The translations under genes were made by a program, and so were the position numbers. This document shows positions 19,386 through 29,457 of a stretch of DNA of 64,000 nt, one piece after another; position 1 is the stretch's first letter; each line of letters begins with the position of its first letter. This stretch comes from Patescibacteria group bacterium (GTDB lineage Bacteria; Patescibacteriota; Microgenomatia; Levybacterales; UBA12049): NCBI GenBank assembly GCA_038064195.1, contig JBBTTO010000002.1, forward strand, positions 630,615 through 694,614, read 5' to 3'. Below the pieces are notes generated by a model. That model was not told where the DNA came from and made no database searches. It worked only from the letters and a program-made list of their open reading frames with translations.

Positions 19386-20429
19386 TTATTCCTTGAGCTT
19401 TTCCTTAAACCAGTCCACCCAGGGGTTGACGGCCGGGTTTTGGTCATAACGGAGTGCCAGGAAGATAGTCATATAGCAACCATATGCCAGGACTTCGAGG
19501 AAATCTTCGTAAATCGTTGACCCGCTGGCCATGAACTCGTGCATCTCATGCCCGTTTTGCTTGATCACATCCATGGTAAGTGTCATACGTTTTTTGATCT
19601 TGGGGGAGTAATTAGGCGAGTTCAGGATGAGAAAATGAAGCGGATGAGCTGTCGGGAATTGAAGTCCTTCCATGAGATGGTGATTAAGATCAGGAACGAG
19701 ATAGTAACAGGAAAAAGTCTTACTGGTCTCATTAAATTGGTTACGGAAAATTTGCGCATTACCCGCCAAGTGTTCACCGGCGATTATGACCGGAATTTTA
19801 TTTTCAAAAACTTCAAATTCACGTAATGCTTGACCTTTAATCTCAGGCAACTTCTCCTCAAGCCTGGTGATGGCATCACTGATTTCTTTGTCCTCAATAT
19901 CAATAATTCTGGCTTTGTTCAGAAGGCCGATAAGTCCCAAGATGCTGTAGCCATTGCCAAGTCGGGGTACACCGGAAGGGTTGTATTTACCGTCGAAAAC
20001 ATAAGCCGGGATATTATTTGCCTTGGCAAATTCTGCTAACTGACCGCCTCTAGTCAGGACGAGCATTTTAGCTTTTTTAGCCTTAGCCTCCTCAGCGCAG
20101 GAAAGAACCTCTTCAGTAGTGCCCGAGTAAGATGTAAGCACTACCAGTGAGTTCTCCCCCACATAAGCCGGGAGGTGGTAGTCAGTTACAACTTCACTTG
20201 GATACTGCATCTGCAGACCCAAGAGTGATTTGGTAACGAGTGCGCCGTAAATTGATGCACCCATGCCGCAAAAAACGATATTCTTTATTCCGTCGCTACT
20301 GAAGTTGACCTCAATCTTATTAACCTCATCCCAGGCGGCTTGGCACTGCTTGACCATGAGGTCTGTCGAACCATACGTATCACGAGGATCAATTTTTTTA
20401 ATGGCTTCAAGATCGTTTACGTTTTGCAT
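19386..20429 (-). CDS. bifunctional phosphoglucose/phosphomannose isomerase (SIS domain, archaeal-type PGI/PMI)
   Basis: 347 aa with two SIS-type segments (FCGMGASIYGALV…; VLTSYSGTTEE…). The PGI/PMI assignment is by family resemblance. Confidence 0.6.
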   Translation of the reverse strand: MQNVNDLEAIKKIDPRDTYGSTDLMVKQCQAAWDEVNKIEVNFSSDGIKNIVFCGMGASIYGALVTKSLLGLQMQYPSEVVTDYHLPAYVGENSLVVLTSYSGTTEEVLSCAEEAKAKKAKMLVLTRGGQLAEFAKANNIPAYVFDGKYNPSGVPRLGNGYSILGLIGLLNKARIIDIEDKEISDAITRLEEKLPEIKGQALREFEVFENKIPVIIAGEHLAGNAQIFRNQFNETSKTFSCYYLVPDLNHHLMEGLQFPTAHPLHFLILNSPNYSPKIKKRMTLTMDVIKQNGHEMHEFMASGSTIYEDFLEVLAYGCYMTIFLALRYDQNPAVNPWVDWFKEKLKE

Positions 20430-20496
20430 ATATGAATGATTTTCCCAGATTTGAAACAGATTAACACAGATATTAATATCTGTGAGAAATTAGTAC

Positions 20497-20940
20497 TTAT
20501 CCGTGTAAATCCTTCCTATCTTTTATTCGCATTTCTTCTGTCTCGTCCGGACGTTTGTAATCATCTTCAAGCCGGAAAGTTGTTCCAATCTCAGGAGTTG
20601 AAACCTCAAAAATATCACAATCAGTAATCCCGATCAGACGATGACGTTGTCCGACCATACTCGTAAACCCCTGATCTGTTACTAACTCTGTCTCGATTAA
20701 CTCCCCCGTGTCATTATCCCACATGACTTTCGCCTTACCTGATTTAAGGATCCAGCTCTCGACTTTTTTGTCATGTACCTGAAGAGAGAGGCGTTTACCT
20801 GCTTCTACATGGATTATTTTCCCCGTATAGGGGAGGTGAGGAGGGGTGAAGATCAGCTCAAATCCCCATGGCTTCTCAACCCTTATCGAGAAAGGATCAT
20901 TTGAGAAAGCATCTTTTTTAAATTGCTTATAATCCGTCAT
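20497..20940 (-). CDS. cupin domain protein (mannose-6-phosphate isomerase type II-like cupin)
   Basis: EKPWGFE…GKIIHVEAGKRLSLQVHDKKVESWIL, the cupin motif pair. Confidence 0.55.
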   Translation of the reverse strand: MTDYKQFKKDAFSNDPFSIRVEKPWGFELIFTPPHLPYTGKIIHVEAGKRLSLQVHDKKVESWILKSGKAKVMWDNDTGELIETELVTDQGFTSMVGQRHRLIGITDCDIFEVSTPEIGTTFRLEDDYKRPDETEEMRIKDRKDLHG

Positions 20941-22347
20941 CTAGTGGTGAGGTGAATTAGCATCTTCTTTGGCTACAGATTTGATAAAAGCTATAAGCTC
21001 GTCACGTCTGAGTTCCATCTCATCTTTTTTATACGATTCCACGTTGAGACGAAGCAGTGGCTCTGTATTGGATGTACGTACATTAAAACGCCACTCAGGG
21101 TACGTGACAGAAACACCGTCAAGTTCTGACAGTTCTCCGTCATTGTATTTTTCTTTCAACGCGCTAAGAATTTCGGGCGCGTTAGTAACTCTGAAGTTGA
21201 ATTCGGTTGACTCATAAGCTCTGGTATATTCTTCAACCAGCTCTGAGAGCTTTTTATTTTCCTGAGACATTACTTTGAGTACCGTCAAAATAGTCATAAG
21301 CTGATTCTCTCCATTCCCTGTATCTTTATAGAAATAATGGGCTGAGGATTCGCCCGCAAAAACAGCACCTGTCTTATGCATTGCTTCAGTTATGAAAGCA
21401 TGTCCCACCTTAGTAATATCCGACTTGCCCCCATTTTCCTCAATAATTTTTCTCGCGGAAAGAATATAACGAATATCAAAAAGGATCGTAGCTCCCGGGT
21501 GTTTTTTTAAAAATTCTTTAGCAATAATAGAGGTGATGATCGATGCCTGAATTACCCGACCGAGATCATCTATGAAAAAGAGTCTGTCTCCATCACCGTC
21601 CGGTGCCAACCCAAAATCCGCTTTTTCTTCCAATACTTTTTTCTGGAGATCTTTTAAATTATCGAAATTGAGAGGATCCGGCTGGTGAGCGGGGAAGGTC
21701 CCGTCAAATTCAAAGTTCATCTTAATTAGCTCAGCAGGAACTTTCTCAAAAAGAGCTTGAATATATTGAGCTCCCATAGCATTGGCTGTATCTGCAACGA
21801 TTTTAAATTTACTGATTGTTGGATTATCTAAAATTTTAAGAGCTGTCGTGACTTCGTCTTGTAAAATACCTTCCTTTTTCTCCTCAACTCCGCCGGGGAC
21901 AGGATCGGCGAATTTGCCTTCAATTGCCATAGTCTTAACATCTTCCATACCCGTACTCTTACCGATTTTGATAAGCCCTTGCGGACTATTGAGAACGAAC
22001 TTAGCTCCGTTATACTCTTTAGGATTATGCGACGCGGTGACTTGAAATCCGGCGTCAAAGCCATAATGAAAAACAGAAAAATAAAATGAGGGAGTCGAGA
22101 TAAGACCAACATCGATTACATGAGCGCCCATTTCTATAAAAGCCTGCTTGGCAGCCGGGAAAAGGGAAGGAGATGAGGTGCGCATGTCGTAACCCATGAC
22201 GACTGTTATTTGGCCGTCTTTTTGAAGTTTGTTCTTGAAGAATGTATAGGCTGCTTTAGCAATAGAGGCAATGGCTTCTTCGTTAATTTGATCTGGATAA
22301 ATACCGCGGATGTCGTAGGCCTTGAAGATCTTTGGATCAATGTCCAT
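20941..22347 (-). CDS. phosphoglucomutase/phosphomannomutase
   Basis: Active-site TASHNPKEYNGAKF and a Mg-binding loop DGDGDR. Confidence 0.85.
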   Translation of the reverse strand: MDIDPKIFKAYDIRGIYPDQINEEAIASIAKAAYTFFKNKLQKDGQITVVMGYDMRTSSPSLFPAAKQAFIEMGAHVIDVGLISTPSFYFSVFHYGFDAGFQVTASHNPKEYNGAKFVLNSPQGLIKIGKSTGMEDVKTMAIEGKFADPVPGGVEEKKEGILQDEVTTALKILDNPTISKFKIVADTANAMGAQYIQALFEKVPAELIKMNFEFDGTFPAHQPDPLNFDNLKDLQKKVLEEKADFGLAPDGDGDRLFFIDDLGRVIQASIITSIIAKEFLKKHPGATILFDIRYILSARKIIEENGGKSDITKVGHAFITEAMHKTGAVFAGESSAHYFYKDTGNGENQLMTILTVLKVMSQENKKLSELVEEYTRAYESTEFNFRVTNAPEILSALKEKYNDGELSELDGVSVTYPEWRFNVRTSNTEPLLRLNVESYKKDEMELRRDELIAFIKSVAKEDANSPHH

Positions 22348-22356
22348 GAAAGCATA

Positions 22357-23049
22357 TTAGATCGACAAAAGCAAAATGTCAATGGTAGTGCTTAACGGCG
22401 TAGAGAGTTCTCCTGTCTTCATATCGCGGTCTATTTCAAACAGTTGGGTGTGGAGATCAATCAGTTGTGAAGGAGTGAATGAAACCGCCTGACGCTGCAA
22501 TTTGTTCAGCTGCCAGGGAGCCAGTCTTTTCACCTCATCAATCTGCTCAGAGCTTTTCTCACTGAGAGCCAGGAGGATTCTTATCTGACGAACCAACATA
22601 AAAAATACCATTTCCGGATCCGTTGTGAGCAAAACTTTATGGAAGAGCTGGACCAATTTTGCTCCTTGTCGGGGTGCGATACTATCCAAAAAAAGGAAGA
22701 GTGTCTGGGGGAGCTTGTATTCTTTAACTGTCGCATGACGAAAGACAGAAAGTGATCTTTTATCCAACTCTTTGTCTTCCCAGAGGATAAGCTCATTTTC
22801 AAGCGTTTTAGTCTGGAGATAGTCGACAAACGCCTCAAACTCCTTAGCTGCTTTTTTACGGGTATACAGTCTTTCGATGATGACTGTCTTTTCATTAGCG
22901 AAGAGACCGCCCCCGTCCAGAATCTGGGTGAGATCGGTAAGCGTGACCGACGCTCCGTCAAGAAGGACTGCTTCAGGGCTCCTGCCTCTCAGCTCGTTAA
23001 GATATGTTCGCGAAGCGGCAGTATCACCTCCATGTATGATAGTTATCAT
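22357..23049 (-). CDS. holA: DNA polymerase III delta subunit-like (short HolA)
   Basis: 230 aa. The N-terminal region resembles HolA (IIHGGDTAASRTYLNEL…LFANEKTVIIERL). Shorter than canonical delta; assignment tentative. Confidence 0.4.
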   Translation of the reverse strand: MITIIHGGDTAASRTYLNELRGRSPEAVLLDGASVTLTDLTQILDGGGLFANEKTVIIERLYTRKKAAKEFEAFVDYLQTKTLENELILWEDKELDKRSLSVFRHATVKEYKLPQTLFLFLDSIAPRQGAKLVQLFHKVLLTTDPEMVFFMLVRQIRILLALSEKSSEQIDEVKRLAPWQLNKLQRQAVSFTPSQLIDLHTQLFEIDRDMKTGELSTPLSTTIDILLLSI

Positions 23050-23138
23050 ATTTCGCTTTGCGCAAAGCGCTTAGCGCTATGCGTGCAGTTGTTGATTTAT
23101 ACTCCTAAAAATATAAAATATAATCTGACAAGTAACTT

Positions 23139-24281
23139 TTATAGTTTCATCATCCAGGCAAAAGTCGCCTGAAGCTGTTGTGAAAGCGTCTTTGTGGGCT
23201 TCTCAACAGTCTCAGTTTTAAATTTTTTTTCAGGCAAGTTGTCATAGGAAGCAGACGCCGCAAGAACTTGTCGTGTAATCATTGGACTACCTTTAACTTT
23301 GGGCGTATTTTTTAGAGCCAGGTATTGATCAGTCTGATTGCCGCTCTGGTCAATGAGTGAAAATTGGGCGAAAGGACCCGCTGCTCTGAGGACAAATGGC
23401 GTTATGGCCACAATATCAGGATCATTCCATATAGAACTGAGTGTCGTACGGTAATACTCTGCCTGTGTTTTAGTGGGAACTTTATCACTTGACCAACCGG
23501 TCTCGGTAATAAAAATAGGCAATTTTTTGCCAGTAAATTGTTTGATCAGGTCACGTTCATAGGCAAAACTCCCGACCCCCTGCGTACCTCTACTTGACGG
23601 CGGTTGAGCAAATCCCGGATTTGGATAGGCATGGCTGGCAATCCCATCTATATGTTCAAAGATACCGGGACTAGCCTGATTCATGGCTCTTAAAAAAGTA
23701 TATTCATTTATGAAATCAGTTCCCTGATCAGGGGCAGCGTTGTCAAGGCCGCTGCTTATGACAAAAAAGTCGGGATTGAGATAGTTAAAGACAGTTGTTG
23801 CATAGCTGAGGAGCTGAGCGTATTCTGTCGGATTGGCACTACCACCCCATTCATCACCTCGGTTGACCTCGTTAAAGACCACTATATACCGGTTGCGAGT
23901 CGGCCAGGTGAGGGAGTTCAGGAAGTTAGCAAAGTCGAGAATATCTGCCTCAGTCGGCCGTCTCCAGACTGTCGTATTGAAATAATCTCCTTCAGTTGCC
24001 AGGCGCACTATAGGTATGAGGTGCTTTTGGGCCGCGTCATCCATAAAGCTCTGCCATTTTTTTAGGTCTTTATCTCCTGACTGGATAGGGATGAGGACAT
24101 AACCCCAGTCTCCATTACTCGTATTAACAAGATTGGCGGCTTCGTTAAGTTCGGAGGTAAAAAGGATGTGAATACCTATTTTGTTATTAGGCATGCTGAG
24201 TGGGTCAGATGCGGCATATGTTACGGGAGTATATTGGAAAAATGTGGCTATAAGATTAAAGATGAGCAGTAATTGTTTCAT
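23139..24281 (-). CDS. secreted glycoside hydrolase, GH5-like TIM barrel
   Basis: Signal peptide, then VVFNEVNRGDEWGG (NE[PV] acid/base-like) and PIFITETGWSS (TE nucleophile-like motif). Confidence 0.5.
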   Translation of the reverse strand: MKQLLLIFNLIATFFQYTPVTYAASDPLSMPNNKIGIHILFTSELNEAANLVNTSNGDWGYVLIPIQSGDKDLKKWQSFMDDAAQKHLIPIVRLATEGDYFNTTVWRRPTEADILDFANFLNSLTWPTRNRYIVVFNEVNRGDEWGGSANPTEYAQLLSYATTVFNYLNPDFFVISSGLDNAAPDQGTDFINEYTFLRAMNQASPGIFEHIDGIASHAYPNPGFAQPPSSRGTQGVGSFAYERDLIKQFTGKKLPIFITETGWSSDKVPTKTQAEYYRTTLSSIWNDPDIVAITPFVLRAAGPFAQFSLIDQSGNQTDQYLALKNTPKVKGSPMITRQVLAASASYDNLPEKKFKTETVEKPTKTLSQQLQATFAWMMKL

Positions 24282-24365
24282 GGCGTTTTATTATAGCAAG
24301 TCTACGCAAGGATTACGTGTGGGTTGGTTCCGGAGCGCGGTTAGGCGCCCCGGAACCTCGGTTGA

Positions 24366-24710
24366 TCATTTCTCCGTAGCAGGGAAGGGGAACTCAGTGA
24401 TCGGGACATCAAGCGCGCTCGCTATTCGCTCCCAGAACTCGTCTGGGATGGCACTTAAGCGCTCAATTCCTGAGACCACCGCACGGAGGACCAACTCATT
24501 TACATTGGCTTGCCGCGCAAGCTCTTGTGTGTCAAGGCCATTCTTGGCCTTTCGAACGAAGTCGCCCAGCGCGACCATCCTCAGATTATGAGTAAGGTTG
24601 TTCCTGGCGACATACTCGGCATGCTGTCTTTCAAGTTGAAACGTACTCAACCCTTGAAAGTTGAGCACATTTTCTCGTGGCGGGGTTGCCGCCGGTTGCC
24701 CAGAACCCAT
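24366..24710 (-). CDS. HTH domain protein (XRE-like), locally GC-rich
   Basis: 114 aa. A helix-turn-helix-like segment, LDTQELARQANVNELVLRAVVSGIER. Confidence 0.4.
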   Translation of the reverse strand: MGSGQPAATPPRENVLNFQGLSTFQLERQHAEYVARNNLTHNLRMVALGDFVRKAKNGLDTQELARQANVNELVLRAVVSGIERLSAIPDEFWERIASALDVPITEFPFPATEK

Positions 24711-24850
24711 TCGCTCCTCCTTTTGCTAGACCAACCAATAGATGTCCTTAGTTGGAAGTTCTCAGTGCGATACATGAGACTTCCTTCCTCAGGCAAGATA
24801 TTGTATCGTTGTTTAGGCTTATAGTCAATAATAAGTGTGTAAGGTATAAT

Positions 24851-25852
24851 ATGATGATGAAAAATATTTGGAATACACTACCTAAGCCTTTTTTTATTCT
24901 CGCACCGATGGAGGATGTGACTGATTCGGTCTTTCGCCGGATTGTCCTGACTTGTGGCCGGCCTGATCTGATGATCACCGAGTTTACCAACGTAGACGGG
25001 ATCTTTTCTCCGGGCCGTGAGCAGGTGATAAAGCGCTTCCACTTTGAACCTGAAGAAAAACCTTTGATTGCCCAAATATGGGGGGAGAGGCCTGAAAATT
25101 ACTTCAAAGCCGCTCAACTGGCCAAGGAGATGGGTTTTGATGGGATTGACATCAACATGGGCTGTCCTGAAAGAAGAGTTATCAAGCAAGGTGTTTGCTC
25201 AGCGCTTATGAAAAACCACTCCTTGGCTGAGGAGATTATCCTGGCTACACAGGAAGGAGCAGAGTCCGCCAGCCGGCGGATACCGATCAGTATAAAGACG
25301 CGGCTGGGCTTTAATACAATCGAAATTGAAGATTGGATTGGCTTTCTTTTAGAACACGATCTGGCAGCACTCACTGTTCATGGCAGGACTGTTAAAGAAA
25401 TGTCTGAAGTAGCGGCACATTGGGACGAGATAGCAAATGTCGTTAAGCTTTGTGATCAGATGAAAAAGGACACGCTTATTATAGGCAATGGCGATGTGAT
25501 GAGTAGGGAAGACGGGCTGCAAAAAATAAAAGATACCGGAGTTGACGGCATCATGATAGGCAGGGGGATTTTTCATGACCCCTGGCTTTTTAACCCCCGG
25601 CATTTCGGAGAAGCAGTCACATTTTCAGAAAAATTGCATACATTAGCAGAGCACAGCCGACTTTTTGAGGCTACCTGGGGTGATACTAAGCCCTTTATCA
25701 TTATGCGTAAATTCGTCAAATGTTATGTCGCGGGGATCCCCGGCGCAGCCGAAATACGGGCCGAGCTGATGACTACACAAAATAACCAGGAGCTACAAGA
25801 AAAAATCAGATTGCTGCTCAGTTCTGGAGAACGGTTACAAGCTAGTGTATAA
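24851..25852 (+). CDS. dus: tRNA-dihydrouridine synthase
   Basis: FILAPMEDVTDSVFRRI…, the FMN-binding TIM barrel of the Dus family. Internal start MMMKNIW preferred over track start 24752. Confidence 0.85.
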   Translation: MMMKNIWNTLPKPFFILAPMEDVTDSVFRRIVLTCGRPDLMITEFTNVDGIFSPGREQVIKRFHFEPEEKPLIAQIWGERPENYFKAAQLAKEMGFDGIDINMGCPERRVIKQGVCSALMKNHSLAEEIILATQEGAESASRRIPISIKTRLGFNTIEIEDWIGFLLEHDLAALTVHGRTVKEMSEVAAHWDEIANVVKLCDQMKKDTLIIGNGDVMSREDGLQKIKDTGVDGIMIGRGIFHDPWLFNPRHFGEAVTFSEKLHTLAEHSRLFEATWGDTKPFIIMRKFVKCYVAGIPGAAEIRAELMTTQNNQELQEKIRLLLSSGERLQASV

Positions 25853-26000
25853 TAATCAAAAGTGTAATGTGAAGGCCCTCCGACGCTCAAATTCGCCTCG
25901 AGGTTTGCAGCCACGCAGTCGAATGTTCGCTATGGCGGGCTTAAGAATCTCTAAGCTTTTTGCTTCACACAAAGCAAGAGCTTCTAAAGGGGGTGAAGAT

Positions 26001-26180
26001 ATGCCAAATATAGATCAGAAAAAACTTATTCAAGCAGCTATTATTGTTGGAGCTTTCGGGATTTTTATCCTCTCCCTTACATATGTCATTCCTTTGCTTG
26101 GAATTTTGGGAGCAGTAGGGATCATCGCAGCCGGCATTTACGCAATTTACCTCTTTCTTACCGGGAAATTAAAACTTTAG
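26001..26180 (+). CDS. small membrane protein (two TM helices), uncertain
   Basis: MPNIDQKKLIQAAIIVGAFGIFILSLTYVIPLLGILGAVGIIAAGIYAIYLF… from the internal ATG of the track ORF 25845..26180. Confidence 0.3.
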   Translation: MPNIDQKKLIQAAIIVGAFGIFILSLTYVIPLLGILGAVGIIAAGIYAIYLFLTGKLKL

Positions 26181-26334
26181 TCAACACGAAGTGGCTTCTT
26201 GTTGAAATGTGACCCTTTCAGTCACGGTTCGGAATCAAGTCATTCCCGATCTTGTCAGATATTTTAAGCTCTTTAGCCCTCAAGTGGGTCAGCTTCGAAT
26301 CCAGTCTCTCTAGTACTCCGTTAAGGTAATTGAA

Positions 26335-27132
26335 TTGATATATAATACAACTATGAACGAAATAGGAGAGGATATTTCTCAAGCAGATATTGACACTGAA
26401 CGACTAGACGGATTTTCATCTGGCAAATATCATCAGTCGTTTGGCAAGCTCGCTGAAAGACCACATCAGAGGAGGTACTTAGAAAATGCCTACAAACGCT
26501 CCCTAGGGCTTGTACAAGAGGCTGGATGGGAGAATCCTATTGCTCAACCAGATGCTGAAGTCTTGCTTTGTGGTACTGGATCAACAGAGACGTCTAGTAC
26601 GTTTGTGCGTACCATTAGGGATCTAAATCATGATGCCAAGATTCATATACTAGACAGAGAACAATTCCCCTTGGACAGATCACGTGAGAGATTAGGTAGA
26701 GAATTAGGCGAGCAGATGGATGGTATTGAGTTCCATCAAGAAGACGCTTTGCATACATCTTTTGCTGATTCCGAGATTTCAGCCATTGAAACAGATCTTT
26801 TCTTACAATTTTTTCCTCCAGATGCTAAAGCTGAGCTTTTGAAAGAGTGGTGGAGAATATTAAAACCAGGGGGCATTGTGACAACAAGAGATTTTGTTCA
26901 GTCGACAGGCGGTCGGTTTGAAAAAAGAATTGCGAATCTCCAGCAAAGAGCGGTTGCAAGAGCTGTTCATGTTCCAGTCTATCCCACAACTAATGACGAG
27001 CTTTCTAAACAATTTGAACAAGCTGGGTTTGATGTAAGAATTATTCGAGGCAAAGTCCCAGTTCTAAAAACACAAGCACCACTATATAGCTATATAATTG
27101 CACACAAACCAGAGGCTTCTCCTATAGAATAG
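26335..27132 (+). CDS. class I SAM-dependent methyltransferase
   Basis: Motif I-like LLCGTGSTE…, and ILKPGGIVTTRDF (post-I/II region). Confidence 0.6.
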   Translation: MIYNTTMNEIGEDISQADIDTERLDGFSSGKYHQSFGKLAERPHQRRYLENAYKRSLGLVQEAGWENPIAQPDAEVLLCGTGSTETSSTFVRTIRDLNHDAKIHILDREQFPLDRSRERLGRELGEQMDGIEFHQEDALHTSFADSEISAIETDLFLQFFPPDAKAELLKEWWRILKPGGIVTTRDFVQSTGGRFEKRIANLQQRAVARAVHVPVYPTTNDELSKQFEQAGFDVRIIRGKVPVLKTQAPLYSYIIAHKPEASPIE

Positions 27133-27146
27133 TACTGCTGAGCTTG

Positions 27147-27220
27147 TGACGCCAAGGGGATTCGAACCCCTGATTCTCTGGCTGAAAACCAGATGTCCTA
27201 GGCCACTAGACGATGGCGCC
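27147..27220 (-). tRNA. tRNA-Glu(TTC)
   Basis: The reverse complement is GGCGCCATCGTCTAGTGGCCTAGGACATCTGGTTTTCAGCCAGAGAATCAGGGGTTCGAATCCCCTTGGCGTCA, with anticodon loop TTTTCAG (anticodon TTC) and a Glu-type D-loop. Confidence 0.85.
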
Positions 27221-27337
27221 TTGTTCAAACTTATGGCGTCGAGTCCCTTGCGGGCGATGGCGCCGTATGCAATACAAATCAGACCATCGGGCATGATGGT
27301 CTGACTTATTATAGCTAAAACCGAGTTTTAAGACAAC

Positions 27338-28000
27338 TTACTTCAACTTCCTTCGTAATGTCTCCAAAATCGCTTTAGCTGTGTCTTGTCCCCCTAGTCC
27401 AAAAGCAATCCCGCCGGCGAGAGCCACCATAGCTACAAAACCGGTGAAAAGAATTCGGATCAAATCTGAGGCAACACCCAGTTGTGTCAAGACAGCCAAG
27501 GCCACAAAGACTGTGATAGCCCACCTGGTAACTGAACTCATCAGGTTGGCTACATCAGGCGATATGCCCCGAGCTGATCCCATGACAACATCACTGGCCA
27601 GTTTTGCGAAAGCAAAACCGACAATACCGATAATTGCCGCAACAAAGACATTAGGCAAATACAACAGGAAGGTATTCAGGACTGTCGTAATTTGAGGCAG
27701 GCCCCAGACATCCGCAGTCGGGATAAGGAAAATAATAATGACGAACCACCGGGCAACTTCTGAGAAGACATTGGCCCAACTGTAATCTTTCTTACCCTCA
27801 GGAATTCCGTATTTGTGAAGGTAGGCTTCTAAGTGCAGGCTCGCGAATACACTCACAACAATACGTTTGACTATAGAGCCGACGATAATACCGATGAGAA
27901 GGATAATAATACCTGCAATAAAGTTAGGAAGAAAAGCAGCTGCCGCGTAAAAGCTTTCGCGGATTGAACCGATCAAAGAGTCTCCAACATTTCCACGCAT
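27338..28000 (-). CDS. polytopic membrane protein with conserved TM-helix repeats (mechanosensitive-channel-associated type)
   Basis: Internal ATG at 28000, preceded by AGGAGG (8-nt spacer), preferred over track start 28045. Repeated hydrophobic helices with charged C-terminal tail. Confidence 0.45.
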   Translation of the reverse strand: MRGNVGDSLIGSIRESFYAAAAFLPNFIAGIIILLIGIIVGSIVKRIVVSVFASLHLEAYLHKYGIPEGKKDYSWANVFSEVARWFVIIIFLIPTADVWGLPQITTVLNTFLLYLPNVFVAAIIGIVGFAFAKLASDVVMGSARGISPDVANLMSSVTRWAITVFVALAVLTQLGVASDLIRILFTGFVAMVALAGGIAFGLGGQDTAKAILETLRRKLK

Positions 28001-28096
28001 AGACTCACCTCCTTTCTGTTCTAAGATGTTAGTTTGGTCGTCCAAACAAGATAAATGACTGAAAGGTTAGACTTAGTCTAAAACGCGTAGTCAAGC

Positions 28097-28126
28097 TTGT
28101 CAAGAAGCAGCTTCGCTTGGTATAAT
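28097..28126 (+). promoter_or_regulatory. candidate promoter TTGTCA-18-TGgTATAAT (extended −10) for tRNA-Lys(TTT)
   Basis: Hexamers read directly, about 90 nt upstream of the tRNA. Confidence 0.35.
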
Positions 28127-28213
28127 TCAGATCTAGTGTTTAGGAGGTAGTTAGTAGTGTGTAGCCTAATTTAGGAGTTATTATCTACCTACTAATTTCT
28201 ACTCACTCACTTT

Positions 28214-28286
28214 GGGCCGGTAGCTCAGCGGTAGAGCAGGAGCCTTTTAAGCTCTTGGTCACAGGTTCGAATCCTGTCCGGCTCAC
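28214..28286 (+). tRNA. tRNA-Lys(TTT)
   Basis: GGGCCGGTAGCTCAGCGGTAGAGCAGGAGCCTTTTAAGCTCTTGGTCACAGGTTCGAATCCTGTCCGGCTCA, anticodon loop CTTTTAA. Confidence 0.9.
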
Positions 28287-28440
28287 CTAGTAGGACACCT
28301 GTTTCAGAAAATGAAAGAATTGCTTGATATAATGGGCTAATCGCGTGGTTCGAATAAGCAAAATAGTTCCAAAACAATATAGAGGAGAATATTGACCGGT
28401 TTGACTTTCATTTATACTTTCTGGAATACTTGAGGTAGAT

Positions 28441-29178
28441 ATGGAAAATAATCAAGCAAAAGCCTCACAACCTTTACAAATTCCTACAACACCTGTTGCT
28501 CCACGAAAACTGAGTACCCTGATAATATGCCTTGGTGGGATTGTACTTTTTGGATTTGGGATATTAGGTGGGTATATTTTATTTGCCAACAAATCTCAAT
28601 CCAAATCTTTAGACAAAGACAATCAGAAAACAACTCAAATATCTCCAGCGATTTCAACTCCAACAAAAACTGTTTTTCCAACAAGTGAGCCAACGGGTAT
28701 ATTGAAAAGCTATGTAAGTTCGTCTCTAGGTTTGTCGTTTCAGTATACAACTCCCTATGGTATTTCCGAAAATATTAAGGATTACACTGAATTAAAAGCA
28801 GATGATGAGATTTGGGTAGCATTGCCAGGCTCTGACAAGATTATTTTGCGGATTTTTTATTATAAAAGTAATTTATCCGTATCTAATTGGTGGGAGACTG
28901 AAGGATATAAAAAAATTCAATCACTGCAAGATGACTATAATTCGGCTATCCAGCCTAAACCTTCGCCTGCACTTCCACCAAAATTTATAACTAAAAATGG
29001 AACATTAGATGGAAAGCCATCTCTCGTGGCAGAGGGTGTTATTAATGCACCTCTAACACCTGGTATACAAACAATTACGTTAGTTAATTACAAAAATGGA
29101 GTATATATGTTTATTCAGCAAGAAGATGATAAAAAGTTAAGCGATAAAATCCTTGCAACGTTAAAATTTATTGAATGA
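28441..29178 (+). CDS. hypothetical membrane-anchored or secreted protein
   Basis: 245 aa with an N-terminal TM (LSTLIICLGGIVLFGFGILGGYILFA) and no recognisable domain. AT-rich gene inside the tRNA-Lys-bounded islet. Confidence 0.45.
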   Translation: MENNQAKASQPLQIPTTPVAPRKLSTLIICLGGIVLFGFGILGGYILFANKSQSKSLDKDNQKTTQISPAISTPTKTVFPTSEPTGILKSYVSSSLGLSFQYTTPYGISENIKDYTELKADDEIWVALPGSDKIILRIFYYKSNLSVSNWWETEGYKKIQSLQDDYNSAIQPKPSPALPPKFITKNGTLDGKPSLVAEGVINAPLTPGIQTITLVNYKNGVYMFIQQEDDKKLSDKILATLKFIE

Positions 29179-29366
29179 GAATGCATCTCAACAGCAAATA
29201 GAGCGACTTCAAGAATATACGAATAAACAAGTCTCCAAGCCCTCTCCAATTACCTTAGCGAGCTTTTCATCCTTCTTTTCCTCCAAGGCTTGAAAGGTAT
29301 TCATTAAGGAGTTAAAATGTGCTAGGAGTGGTTCAAAATAAGAATCGCTGGGCTCACATGAAAAAT

Positions 29367-29395
29367 CCCTTGGACTCCTGTCCAGGGGTTTTTTT
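29367..29395 (+). terminator. intrinsic terminator (CCCTTGGA / TCCAGGGG stem, T7)
   Basis: CCCTTGGACTCCTGTCCAGGGGTTTTTTT. Confidence 0.55.
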
Positions 29396-29457
29396 ATTTG
29401 TCAGCTTTCGGACAGGATGAGAAGCGACCCTTCGCAGAAGGTAGTGCCCTTGTGGTA

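Noticed and set aside
26181-26334. Possible degenerate tRNA (GTGAC-CCTTTCA-GTCAC anticodon-like hairpin, TTCGAATCC motif)
   Set aside because: Position 33 of the loop is not U, and no acceptor or D-arm can be formed. More likely small hairpins or terminators.
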